Part shown: positions 19,477 through 29,158 of the stretch, one piece after another
Layout: every line of letters begins with the position of its first letter
Numbering within the stretch: the first letter of the stretch is position 1
Source: a virus
DNA: 64,000 nucleotides
Virus record (IMG/VR): IMGVR_UViG_3300043425_000861
Strand: one strand, 5' to 3'
The notes under the pieces: generated by a model
The model's input: only the letters and a program-made list of their open reading frames with translations
What the model was told of the DNA's origin: nothing
The model's database searches: none
Position numbers and translations under genes: made by a program

Positions 19477-20126
19477 AATTCTAATACTTTATTCGCGTTT
19501 TTTATATAGATGTCAATATTCCCACCCGAAGCCGAATGGAAATTATGAAATATTAAATCTTCGTACACACTCCCATTACCAAACATAACACCTGGTTTTA
19601 GTTCCCACCTTTCAATTTCACACTTGTCAAATTTTAAATATGAAATTTGATAATTCTTTTCTCTACATATATGGGACAATTCTTCCCCAACATCACCTCT
19701 ACCGGTTGCGTTATATTTTGGTCTATCTAATAAATCATAAAAACTTTTAGATATACAAAAACAAGCAGGACCGGCATATACATCGTTATTTAAATGACTG
19801 GTTTTTTGTTCAATACCTAATATTGTATTTTTATCATAAACTCTGTCAATTATAATATCAAGAAAATTTGATTTAGTTGGGAATGCGTCGATGTCAAAAA
19901 ATAAAAGGTAATCAACGTCTTCGTTGTTTGATATGTCGTTCATAAAATTTGGGTGTCCATCATAATCCATCGGACCTTCCCATAAAATTTGATTTATACT
20001 AACCTTAAATTTTTCAAAAATTTGTTTTTGTAAATCTCTATATCTCAAATCATTATTTGGGAAATAAACACTATAAATCCCAATCTTTATTGTTTCACTA
20101 TTTTTAGTTATGTAATTATATTTCAC
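19473..20126 (-). CDS. putative GT-A glycosyltransferase
   Basis: FFDIDAFP DxD motif; sits in the glycosylation operon. Confidence 0.6.
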   Translation of the reverse strand: MKYNYITKNSETIKIGIYSVYFPNNDLRYRDLQKQIFEKFKVSINQILWEGPMDYDGHPNFMNDISNNEDVDYLLFFDIDAFPTKSNFLDIIIDRVYDKNTILGIEQKTSHLNNDVYAGPACFCISKSFYDLLDRPKYNATGRGDVGEELSHICREKNYQISYLKFDKCEIERWELKPGVMFGNGSVYEDLIFHNFHSASGGNIDIYIKNANKVLEL

Positions 20127-21326
20127 TTACACCAAATCATTAATGAAGTCAACCCACATTGAGCCGATTTTATTAACATTGAATTTACTTAAAATATAAT
20201 CTTTACCGCGTCTTCTAATGTCTTCTTTAATTTCAGGATTTTCTTCTAAGAATTTAATTTTTTCAACAATATTATCGGTGATTGTAAATTTACCATCTAA
20301 ATCTTTTGTTAATGCCTCACTCTGCATTTTATCAACATCAACACCTTCAGGAAAATCTAACCATTGACAAAATCCTTCAAAGTTTTCAGGTAATGCACCT
20401 AATGGATATGTAACAACAATCGCACCTAATGCAATTGCTTCCGCAACTACACAAGAAAATGTGTCTTTGTGTACATCTTGATATGGTGTATACAATGGAT
20501 AGATGAAATACTCACTTTCCGCAATGTTTGTAAATAATGTTTTCTTATCCACTCCATTATGTAAATTAAAAAATGAGTCTTGGTGGTGATGTGTTGCTAA
20601 AAGATAATCAAATGCGTGAAATTCGGAATCTTCGAAATTTAATCTTCTAACAGCTTCAACGGCAACATTACCTCCCCTTGCCCAAGCTGCGTGGAAAACA
20701 AATTTATGTGGTTTTCTTGTTGGATATGAATACGTGACTTCATTAATCATATCATCTAATACCGGATTAGGAATTAAAGTAGATTTAATTTTAGTCGGGG
20801 AGTCTTCATTTGAAAATTGAGGTCTATTTTTAACTGATTCAATAATATTTTTAGTCATACTTTTCTCCCACTCTGAAATATGGATAAAACCTAATGATAA
20901 ATTATTATCCTTAACATAATTTACCAGTTCTTCAATTCCATAAACCCATTGCATATGTGACCAATAAATTACACTTTTAGTTACTGTTATAGGTAACGAT
21001 TTATAATCGTGAAACCATAGCATACTAACTAAAATATCAAACTCCCTATTCTCAATGCCTTCGAAATCAATATTGGTGTATTTCACTCCATAGAATTCTC
21101 GACCTGGTACATATGTAATACCTCTGGATTTATATTCTTCTTCTAATCTTGGTTCCAATCTGTCTGCAACAAATACGACTTCGTGTCCTTGTTTTGCAAG
21201 ATACTCAGCCATTAATATTGAACTTCCGTCAGTACCTGACCCACCTCCATTTCCATATCTTAAAGTGTGACCATTCAGGTAATTACTTCTTCTACTATTA
21301 CCAATAACAACAAAGGCAATTCTCAT
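20127..21326 (-). CDS. GT-B (family 4-like) glycosyltransferase
   Basis: GGGSG..MAEYLAKQGHEV; DTFSCVVAEAIALG...GALPE. Confidence 0.85.
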   Translation of the reverse strand: MRIAFVVIGNSRRSNYLNGHTLRYGNGGGSGTDGSSILMAEYLAKQGHEVVFVADRLEPRLEEEYKSRGITYVPGREFYGVKYTNIDFEGIENREFDILVSMLWFHDYKSLPITVTKSVIYWSHMQWVYGIEELVNYVKDNNLSLGFIHISEWEKSMTKNIIESVKNRPQFSNEDSPTKIKSTLIPNPVLDDMINEVTYSYPTRKPHKFVFHAAWARGGNVAVEAVRRLNFEDSEFHAFDYLLATHHHQDSFFNLHNGVDKKTLFTNIAESEYFIYPLYTPYQDVHKDTFSCVVAEAIALGAIVVTYPLGALPENFEGFCQWLDFPEGVDVDKMQSEALTKDLDGKFTITDNIVEKIKFLEENPEIKEDIRRRGKDYILSKFNVNKIGSMWVDFINDLV

Positions 21327-22579
21327 TATAATGTTTTTTCATATCGACCACTCCATTGTTTTTCCTCGTCAAACAAGTACATAACAATTTTGGTTGGTTT
21401 ATCAAAAGAATCTAAAGTCACGCTGTAAACGTTATTTTCCAAGTTCACATATTGAGGGTCGGTATCAACTGTAAAATCTTTTCTTAATATCTCTTCTCCT
21501 TTATTATTAAGTACACCTAAAGTCATAAATTTAGGTTTTTTGAACTCAAAATTTTTGAAAAATTCTAAATCCCATTCACAGGTAATTCTGTGAGTGTTTT
21601 TAATGAATTGTTCTTCCCAATCTGACGGATTTGGTGGTTCTTTTACTTTAAGTGTATAATCTTGAATTAAACATTTCTTAAAATCAAATCCACCATATAC
21701 TTCGTAGTCGTGTAATGTTCTTTCAGTACCTAAACCATACTCACCTAAATCAATTCCATACTCATCAGTACCAAACATTTGTCTAGTTTTATTTCTTGCG
21801 TGAATATCACGTTCGCCACTTGTTTTTTGTGTTTCACTTTGTGTTCCGTGGTCATCCCAATGTTTAGGTCTATAACTTCTTGTATATTCGTGCCACATCA
21901 CCATTTGATACGGACTAAAGAAATCATATCCATTGGTGAATGCTCTTAAACTAAGTGTTGTTTCTTCTGTATACCCACCGAAATAGATTTCAGGGTCATA
22001 AGGTACCTCTTTAACAAAATCACCACTCGTGAAATAGAAGTGACCACTAATTGTACGAGCCTTAATAACTCTTTTTCTTTGTTTATAATCTTGTATAAAC
22101 CAAGGCATACTCATTAATAATCTATCACTACTAAATTCATATTGAGACATTAGACACGGAGTAGGATTCCAAGTTGATTCATCCTTTGTGGGGTCAAACG
22201 GAGTACAATATGTTGTGATAACAGGTTTATCAGAAACCATTAACGCTTGATTATAGTCTCTTAATACAATCTCATCCCAATTCTCAACAAATCTATGATG
22301 GGAATCAATTTGTAATGTGTATTTCTCACCACCATATAACGTATTGGTTATGTTTCTGGCCCAACCAAGTCCTTGGCTTTCACTATAATGATGTTTACTA
22401 ACTCTAAATTGTGGATTATTATCATATCTATCCACATCTTCAGTATCATCATATTGCCAACAAATACCAAACACCAAATTCCAAGGTTCTTTAGCCTTAT
22501 GAATCATATCTTCAATGGTTGGGATTAATTGTGGGTCTCTATACGACGCGATTTGAACGAAAATTTTATCACTATTCAT
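21326..22579 (-). CDS. GT60-like N-acetylglucosaminyltransferase
   Basis: IFVQIASYRDP, G..WAR, LQIDSHHRF, VPYDP..F-G-EE. Confidence 0.85.
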   Translation of the reverse strand: MNSDKIFVQIASYRDPQLIPTIEDMIHKAKEPWNLVFGICWQYDDTEDVDRYDNNPQFRVSKHHYSESQGLGWARNITNTLYGGEKYTLQIDSHHRFVENWDEIVLRDYNQALMVSDKPVITTYCTPFDPTKDESTWNPTPCLMSQYEFSSDRLLMSMPWFIQDYKQRKRVIKARTISGHFYFTSGDFVKEVPYDPEIYFGGYTEETTLSLRAFTNGYDFFSPYQMVMWHEYTRSYRPKHWDDHGTQSETQKTSGERDIHARNKTRQMFGTDEYGIDLGEYGLGTERTLHDYEVYGGFDFKKCLIQDYTLKVKEPPNPSDWEEQFIKNTHRITCEWDLEFFKNFEFKKPKFMTLGVLNNKGEEILRKDFTVDTDPQYVNLENNVYSVTLDSFDKPTKIVMYLFDEEKQWSGRYEKTL

Positions 22580-22684
22580 TTTATCTTTTTTTTAAAATAT
22601 AGTATTATTTTATTTAATAATCAAATGTTGTCTACCCATTTTTTATTCTGAAAAATTTTATTTATACTTTAAAAAAAGACTCAT

Positions 22685-23035
22685 ATGAAAACTACATACC
22701 AACCTGCAGTAATTCAACAAACTGAAAATGTTATTAATGGATTAATCGACGCAGAATTTTTTGATGATTACGAAATAACTGATTTAACATACGCAAGACA
22801 ATACCTAAATGAGTTTTTTACACGAAAATTCATTGAAGGTAAAATAGAAGATGATATTGAGGAGATATTCTCAGAACAAGAATTTGAAGTTATTCTAAGA
22901 GAGATTGCAGCAGGTACCGTACTTCACGAATTGAAAGAAAAGGGACTTGTTGATTCGTATGAAGATGAGAATACTGAAGAAATGTTTTTTTTGACCGAAG
23001 AAGGTAAAAAATTCGTTAAAAAGACTGACGATTAG
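22685..23035 (+). CDS. hypothetical protein (winged-helix-like C-terminus)
   Basis: L.EKGLV...F-LTEEGK. Confidence 0.7.
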   Translation: MKTTYQPAVIQQTENVINGLIDAEFFDDYEITDLTYARQYLNEFFTRKFIEGKIEDDIEEIFSEQEFEVILREIAAGTVLHELKEKGLVDSYEDENTEEMFFLTEEGKKFVKKTDD

Positions 23036-23361
23036 GATTTTTTCTCCTCAATAGATTGAGAATAAACACTTTTTTTGTGTGATTTAACTTTTTCCTTTAA
23101 TTGAGATAATAATTTTTGAGCTTCTGTCAATTTTGATGAGATTCCTGAAACTCTACTATTACAAATAGGTTTTAAACCACCAGGAACACAATCATCCAAC
23201 TTTCTCAACTCTTTAAATGTTTCATTTAATGAGTTTTGTAACTCTTCTATTTTAAATTGTACTCTGGCGAAATCCTCACGTTTCACTTTTGATGCCTGCT
23301 CGTTTAAAATTTGATGCAGAACACTTTTTACCACCTCTTCTGAAATTATATTGTTTCCCAT
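23032..23361 (-). CDS. coiled-coil protein with IISEEVV leader
   Basis: TATTTATA directly upstream of MGNNIISEE. Confidence 0.7.
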   Translation of the reverse strand: MGNNIISEEVVKSVLHQILNEQASKVKREDFARVQFKIEELQNSLNETFKELRKLDDCVPGGLKPICNSRVSGISSKLTEAQKLLSQLKEKVKSHKKSVYSQSIEEKKS

Positions 23362-23432
23362 AATAGTATAAATACTTTTCATTTTTTAATTTGATTTTTT
23401 TTTCTTATATTTTCAATAGATAACATAACACA

Positions 23433-24482
23433 ATGAAGGATATATTTGAAACACTTTACGATTTTGATGATTTTCTGATTGAACCTGCGATTTTATCATC
23501 AATCAGAAGTCGAAGAGTTATTAATACAAGAAACATTTGGGGTGAGTTACCTCTTATGACCGCTCCAATGGATACTGTCGTATCTGAAAACAACTTTCAT
23601 CTATATAAAAACAATGGTATCCTACCCGTTTTACCAAGAATTGCAAATCCGACCGATGATTGGGTTGATACCAACATATTTTTATCATATAGTTTACAAG
23701 ATTTTGAGAGAATTTTCCTTTTAAAGAGAAAAAAGGTTAATGGGGGGACAAGATTACAAGTTTTAATTGATGTTGCTAATGGTCATATGTCAGATTTATA
23801 TGATTTAGCGAAAGAAGCTAAATTAACTTACGGTGATGATATGTGTTTGATGGTGGGTAATGTGGCAAATCCTAAAACTTTCCAAGAATATTGTAAAATT
23901 GGGGTTGATATTGTTAGAATTGGTATCGGAAACGGTGGAGGATGTCTAACAACAGTCCAAACAGGTGTGGGATACCCAATGGCATCCCTAATTCAAGAAT
24001 GTTACAAAATTAAAAAGCTGTCAAACTACACAACTGAGATAGTTGCGGACGGTGGTTTCAAGAAATATTCCGATATTATCAAAGGTTTGGCGTTAGGGGC
24101 GGATTATATAATGTTAGGTTCTATTTTGAATCAGTGTTTGGAGAGTTCGGGTGAAACAACAAAGGAAAATTATGAAGTTGTTAACCAATTTTCGTCAGAA
24201 ATTAAAGAAGCGTTCCACGGGGAACTCCCACTTTACAAAACATTTAGAGGAATGAGTACAAAAGAGGTCCAAAAATCGTGGGGAAAGGAAAAACTAACCA
24301 CTTCTGAAGGAATTGTACGTAGAAACCCCGTAAAATATACAATTGAGGGGTGGGTGTCTAATTTTGAGGATTATTTACGCTCCGCAATGAGTTATACCGG
24401 AAAAAAAGAACTCCACCAATTTATAGGTGGAGTCAATTTAAATTTAATTAGTGGTAATTCCTTTAAGAGATTCAATAAATAG
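23433..24482 (+). CDS. IMP dehydrogenase / GMP reductase family enzyme (no CBS domains)
   Basis: APMDTV, IDVANGH, GIGNGGGCLT catalytic Cys loop, ADGG, RGMS, LRSAMSY. Confidence 0.9.
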   Translation: MKDIFETLYDFDDFLIEPAILSSIRSRRVINTRNIWGELPLMTAPMDTVVSENNFHLYKNNGILPVLPRIANPTDDWVDTNIFLSYSLQDFERIFLLKRKKVNGGTRLQVLIDVANGHMSDLYDLAKEAKLTYGDDMCLMVGNVANPKTFQEYCKIGVDIVRIGIGNGGGCLTTVQTGVGYPMASLIQECYKIKKLSNYTTEIVADGGFKKYSDIIKGLALGADYIMLGSILNQCLESSGETTKENYEVVNQFSSEIKEAFHGELPLYKTFRGMSTKEVQKSWGKEKLTTSEGIVRRNPVKYTIEGWVSNFEDYLRSAMSYTGKKELHQFIGGVNLNLISGNSFKRFNK

Positions 24483-24485
24483 GTA

Positions 24486-24734
24486 TTATTTGAGACCAAA
24501 CTCTTTTTCTTCAGAATCTGTGAGTTCTCCGTCTCTTTTCATACCTTCCTTTATATAATTTCTGATTAATTTTGAAACTGTTGTCTTTTGATTATCTGCA
24601 ACTTTCTCAATTTCTTTATAATACGCAGGAACAACTCTAAATGATAACATTTGTATCAATTTTTTATGTTTAGGTCTATCATCCGAACTATCGGGACTCA
24701 TATTTTTCATTTGTTTTGATGCTTCTGACGCCAT
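24486..24734 (-). CDS. ribbon-helix-helix-like DNA-binding protein
   Basis: MLSFRV...IEKVA...TVSKLIRNYI. Confidence 0.65.
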   Translation of the reverse strand: MASEASKQMKNMSPDSSDDRPKHKKLIQMLSFRVVPAYYKEIEKVADNQKTTVSKLIRNYIKEGMKRDGELTDSEEKEFGLK

Positions 24735-24808
24735 ATCTTAATATTTCTTTATAAATATTTGGTTAATAGGTTTAAATTTCTTATATTATAAATATAAACA
24801 AAAATTTT

Positions 24809-25168
24809 ATGTCAGAAGATAAACAACAACCAAATCCAGTCATTAAACAGATAGAAGAACAATATCCTGAAATGACTAAAGAGTTCAAAAGAATTTTAAA
24901 AGACCAATACGAAACTTTTTGTAGAAAACAGTCGAATTATGGTCCTGATAACATCTCATTGGGAAGAGATTTAGTTAAAGAAGAAGACCGAAAATTGTCA
25001 CAAATGGGTCTATTTTTTCGTATGAATGATAAAATACAAAGAATTAAACAATTGGTGGTCCTTGGGGCTCAGGACAATGTTGGTGAGGCCGTTGATGATA
25101 CATACCAAGACTTATCTGTCTACGCCGTTATTGCTCAATTAGTAAAAAACGGTAAATGGGGTAAATAA
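24809..25168 (+). CDS. nucleotide-modification-associated domain 1 (DUF1599-like) protein
   Basis: KQSNYG...R-x-x-DK-x-x-R...DT-x-x-DL-x-x-YA. Confidence 0.75.
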   Translation: MSEDKQQPNPVIKQIEEQYPEMTKEFKRILKDQYETFCRKQSNYGPDNISLGRDLVKEEDRKLSQMGLFFRMNDKIQRIKQLVVLGAQDNVGEAVDDTYQDLSVYAVIAQLVKNGKWGK

Positions 25169-25262
25169 AACTCCATAAAAATTAGTAGAGGGATAAATAA
25201 AAAAATTTATCCCTTTTTTATTGTTAAACAACCACCCAAACTATTTATAAAAAAACGAAAAT

Positions 25263-25622
25263 ATGAAGGTAAACGTAAATCATCCAAGTTTCATTTCATT
25301 CTTAGATAATGTAACAACTAATATACTTTCACACATTACAATTGAGAATTATTTCACCATTAATTCGGATAAAAAATTGGCGGTTCAGTATATGGTGTAC
25401 AAATTGATGAAAAATTCAGTTCAAAATAGAACTAAATTAACTGATGACGAAATGAAGAGTTTTCTTACCGTTTTATGGAAGAAAAATGAAGAATCTGAAA
25501 ATTATGAATTGGCATCAATTTTAAAGGATATTTTAAACAATTTTGAGACGGTGAATGAGTTCACAAAAACACCTAAAAGACAACCAAAAACGGTAAAAAC
25601 GGACAAAAAACCAAATGGCTAG
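25263..25622 (+). CDS. hypothetical protein
   Basis: ENYELASILKD UVR-like helix; TATTTATA upstream. Confidence 0.75.
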   Translation: MKVNVNHPSFISFLDNVTTNILSHITIENYFTINSDKKLAVQYMVYKLMKNSVQNRTKLTDDEMKSFLTVLWKKNEESENYELASILKDILNNFETVNEFTKTPKRQPKTVKTDKKPNG

Positions 25623-26010
25623 AACTATTAACACAGAAACCAAAAAACGATATGCTACATTAGCAATAAGGTGGTGTGAGAGTTATTTTGGTCTGTGTGA
25701 TAGAAAAAAACGTAGATTAATTTTTAGATTTAGTGAAAGAAAACGTACAATGGACGGTTGTGACGTTTTTGGTAACTATTGTTTTTATAGGAATGAAATT
25801 ATCATATATCTACCTAACAACAACACAATTTACGATGTAGTTGCAACCGTTATTCACGAATATACCCATTATTTACAAGTTCGTAGAAAATATCGAGAGT
25901 ACGAACTCTCAAGATATTACTCACAAAATCCTATGGAGAGACAAGCTAAAAGAAATGAAGACAGATATACAAAAATATGTCTTAAAGAAATTAAAAAATT
26001 AATCGACTAA
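25615..26010 (+). CDS. zincin-like protein
   Basis: HEYTH...P-x-E-x-x-A. Confidence 0.7.
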   Translation: MARTINTETKKRYATLAIRWCESYFGLCDRKKRRLIFRFSERKRTMDGCDVFGNYCFYRNEIIIYLPNNNTIYDVVATVIHEYTHYLQVRRKYREYELSRYYSQNPMERQAKRNEDRYTKICLKEIKKLID

Positions 26011-26199
26011 AACCGCTTCAGGAATTTCCCTTAGAAATAGGATAATGTCATCATTTTGATTTCTATTTCTAACCGCAACATCACAATTCCAAAACTCTTT
26101 CAAATCGTTTACGTGACCCTCTTTAATTAACGATGCTTTTACCTTTCTATAAACCCAATATAATTTGTCTTGATATTTTACTAATTCCTTACTTAACAT
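25999..26199 (-). CDS. hypothetical protein
   Basis: 66-aa ORF in a minus-strand run. Confidence 0.6.
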   Translation of the reverse strand: MLSKELVKYQDKLYWVYRKVKASLIKEGHVNDLKEFWNCDVAVRNRNQNDDIILFLREIPEAVLVD

Positions 26200-26202
26200 A
26201 AT

Positions 26203-26805
26203 TTATTTGTGTTCTGACGATTCACACAACATCTCTAATTCATTCCATTTAAACTTTGGTTTTTCGTTTAAAAACACAAAACATTTCCATTTTTTTGATT
26301 TCTCAAAATAGATATGTTTCTGCATATGTGAAGGTATTGCTGCGTTAGTAGGTACTCTTTTAGGAACCTTATCAAAAAATACTTTTATTATAACTGTTAA
26401 ATTTTCATCATCATCCCACTTTCTTTCTTGTTCTTCCAAAAGTCTCCATTCACCTCTGTTCTGATACTGGTCTTGCATCATACAATTCAAATATGAGAAG
26501 GTTTGTTTAAGGTTTTCCATATTATCGGAAAAAGACGCAGCAGGTGCTAAATGACCTTTATCGTAGATATTTTTAACATAATCATTAGCGTCCGATGTTT
26601 TTATATTCTTTTCAGTATAAAAATCCATAGTACCTCTATTAACGTTTGTTGGTCTGTTAGTTGAACGATACTTCAACCATAAAGGGGATTCTAAATTTTG
26701 TGAGTAAAGTACTTCAAATACTTGATTTTTAACTCTGATTGTATCTTGTGAAAACGAACTTAAACTAATTAGAATAAGTCCAAATAAAAATAATGTTTTT
26801 TTCAT
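26203..26805 (-). CDS. secreted DNA/RNA non-specific endonuclease (NucA/EndA-like)
   Basis: Signal peptide; YDKGHLAPA, TF-x-x-x-N, NRG-x-W-x-x-LE. Confidence 0.9.
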   Translation of the reverse strand: MKKTLFLFGLILISLSSFSQDTIRVKNQVFEVLYSQNLESPLWLKYRSTNRPTNVNRGTMDFYTEKNIKTSDANDYVKNIYDKGHLAPAASFSDNMENLKQTFSYLNCMMQDQYQNRGEWRLLEEQERKWDDDENLTVIIKVFFDKVPKRVPTNAAIPSHMQKHIYFEKSKKWKCFVFLNEKPKFKWNELEMLCESSEHK

Positions 26806-26806
26806 A

Positions 26807-27355
26807 TTATAGATGTGTTATATACTTAAATATGTCCACAGCAGTATTACTACCAACAGGAAATTCAACAAAAGGTATAGAGTTAATGAGTAGTGTTTGT
26901 TTAATGTCCTCATCAATTTCCTGAGCCTCCTGTAAATCCTGTAATCTACCATTTGGGTCATATGTTTCATTGTTTCTGGTTAATAAAATGTTTATGTTAT
27001 CATATTGACTAAATAAGTTCCATAAAAATTTACTTAATCCCGACATACCATAGAATGACGCTGGATAACCCTCACCATATCTCTGTTCATAGAAACAACC
27101 CAAAACTATTGGTGAATCGACAATTATGTAATCTACTTTTCCGTACAACCTACTGATATTTCTATGCTGATTTGCAGTTATGAAAAATTGGTCACTTAGT
27201 TGGGAAACGTTTCCTTCCCACGCAACTTCTTTCGGGAATTCGTATGTATATTCAACACTCATATGGTGTTTTTTCATTTCGGTAAACAACCCCGATGCTT
27301 GTGTTGATTTCCCAATTCCTGGTCCTCCAAACAGATTAATTATTTTACTTTTCAT
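26807..27355 (-). CDS. NadR/Ttd14-like P-loop NTPase (AAA_28)
   Basis: INLFGGPGIGKST, E-x-x-KE, IVDSP, GR-x-Q. Confidence 0.8.
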   Translation of the reverse strand: MKSKIINLFGGPGIGKSTQASGLFTEMKKHHMSVEYTYEFPKEVAWEGNVSQLSDQFFITANQHRNISRLYGKVDYIIVDSPIVLGCFYEQRYGEGYPASFYGMSGLSKFLWNLFSQYDNINILLTRNNETYDPNGRLQDLQEAQEIDEDIKQTLLINSIPFVEFPVGSNTAVDIFKYITHL

Positions 27356-27578
27356 ATTGTATAATATACACAAAAAAAGGGAGTTTGTGAAATCCTCCCA
27401 TATAATAATTTTAATCTGTTTATTTTGTCCCCCGACAACAAAAATAAATAAGTTATAGGACCAAAAAATACCCATAAATCCACTGACTATTTGTCCTGTT
27501 AAAAATAATCTTAGTTCATAATACTCAGAAGTCGAACTTTTTATAAATTTTATTTTGTATGACACTATTTATAACAAT

Positions 27579-27881
27579 ATGGAAAACATTTACTCAGTTT
27601 TGATAACCGCAATTACAGTACTTGGAGGTACTGGTGCTTGGAGGTATTATGAAAAAAGAGCCTTAAATAAAGAACGAGACGAAGATTTTATTCGTCACGA
27701 CTGTAAGGATAGAATCACCAAATTAGAGGCGTTATTAGAAGCGTCATCTAAAGAGAAGGATGATTTAAGAAATATGGTTTTAACATTAACTAAAGAAGTT
27801 GCTGCATTATCTGTTAAAGTTGAATTTTTAACAAAAGAAAATGAAACTTTAAATAAAAGAAACACATCAAGAGTAAAATAG
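27579..27881 (+). CDS. single-TM coiled-coil protein (holin/spanin-like candidate)
   Basis: VLITAITVLGG TM followed by a heptad coil; TATTTATA upstream. Confidence 0.65.
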   Translation: MENIYSVLITAITVLGGTGAWRYYEKRALNKERDEDFIRHDCKDRITKLEALLEASSKEKDDLRNMVLTLTKEVAALSVKVEFLTKENETLNKRNTSRVK

Positions 27882-27882
27882 T

Positions 27883-28110
27883 ATGAAAAAATACGTATTC
27901 ACAGAATCACAACTCAAAAAAATAATCGATAATCAAGTATCTGAATCTGAAGAAAAAAAAGAATTTCGTCCAGGTGTTAATTTAGGAAAATACAACCTTA
28001 AATCATTTTTAAAGGATAAGGACGACGATGGTGATGACGAAAAAGATAAAGACGAAAAGAAACCATTCTCAACAAACCGGTTGAAGTCTGAGAAGAAAAA
28101 AGAAGACTAA
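27883..28110 (+). CDS. small protein with FTESQL leader
   Basis: MKKYVFTESQLKKII. Confidence 0.7.
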   Translation: MKKYVFTESQLKKIIDNQVSESEEKKEFRPGVNLGKYNLKSFLKDKDDDGDDEKDKDEKKPFSTNRLKSEKKKED

Positions 28111-28673
28111 GATTTATTAACACAAGTATCAAATATTTTAATAATATCATCTAACCCCAAAATATTAAAACATTCGGAATAACCTGAAAAAGATTCCAAC
28201 AAAGGTCTGTATTTTTTTACCGACCTTTTTTTATTTAATTTATCTTTAATTTCTTCCTCTAACTTTTCGGCGTCAGGTGTATCAATTCTTCTTAAAATAG
28301 AATCCACCACATATCCCTCATAACCGTACGCTTTACTAAACCTACGCATTATAAATTTTTTAGATGTTATACCAACTTTCACAAACGTCTTACCCGAACT
28401 TTCCTCTTTAATTAAAACCAAGTATAATGATTTTGGTAACTTTGCTATTTTCTTTTTCTTCTCTTGTGATTTCTTAACCAATTTTAAACCAACATATTCT
28501 TTGGCTTTTTCCAATGATGTAAATTCTTTAACATCTCGATATGGATTAACTACATACTTTTTAAATCGAGCAATGTATAGTGTTTTACCACTATCAACCT
28601 TATATTTGATTTTATCTTTGGTAACTATTTGGTATATTGTATAATAACCCATTTTCATTAACTCTTTTTCCAT
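28107..28673 (-). CDS. GIY-YIG-like (T5orf172/MUG113-type) nuclease domain protein
   Basis: LYLV...FVKVGIT...RR...LE...GYSECF. Confidence 0.65.
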   Translation of the reverse strand: MEKELMKMGYYTIYQIVTKDKIKYKVDSGKTLYIARFKKYVVNPYRDVKEFTSLEKAKEYVGLKLVKKSQEKKKKIAKLPKSLYLVLIKEESSGKTFVKVGITSKKFIMRRFSKAYGYEGYVVDSILRRIDTPDAEKLEEEIKDKLNKKRSVKKYRPLLESFSGYSECFNILGLDDIIKIFDTCVNKS

Positions 28674-28755
28674 TATAACAATAATACTTTTTTATTTTTA
28701 ATTATTTGTATATTCTAACATTAATACATATCTTTGTGTTCAAATAATTCAAATT

Positions 28756-29106
28756 ATGGTTTTAAAAAAGAAGTGTACTAAGTGTAAAGAAGAGTTGCCG
28801 ATTGATAAGTTTTATAAAAATAAACTAACTCAAGACGGCCACAGTATCTATTGTGTTGATTGTACCAAAGTAAACTCAAAAAAATATTTTGAAAAGAAAA
28901 AGGTAAAAACCAGCAAGATAGAGAATGAAAATTTAATGAAGTCAGTACTTTTAAACAAATTCAACGGTAAACTAAACGAGGAGGAGATAAATCAGTTGAT
29001 GAGGATTATGTTAATCGAAAAAATGGTTAATACCATTGTAGAAGAATTGGTACCATTAAAACAACATTACGTAAAAAGTAATAATTTAATTGAGACGGGG
29101 TTATAA
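28756..29106 (+). CDS. zinc-finger protein
   Basis: KCTKCK...F...DG...CVDC. Confidence 0.7.
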   Translation: MVLKKKCTKCKEELPIDKFYKNKLTQDGHSIYCVDCTKVNSKKYFEKKKVKTSKIENENLMKSVLLNKFNGKLNEEEINQLMRIMLIEKMVNTIVEELVPLKQHYVKSNNLIETGL

Positions 29107-29158
29107 AAACCCCGTTTTTTATGCTCGTAAAAAGATATTTATTAGATATTTATAAATT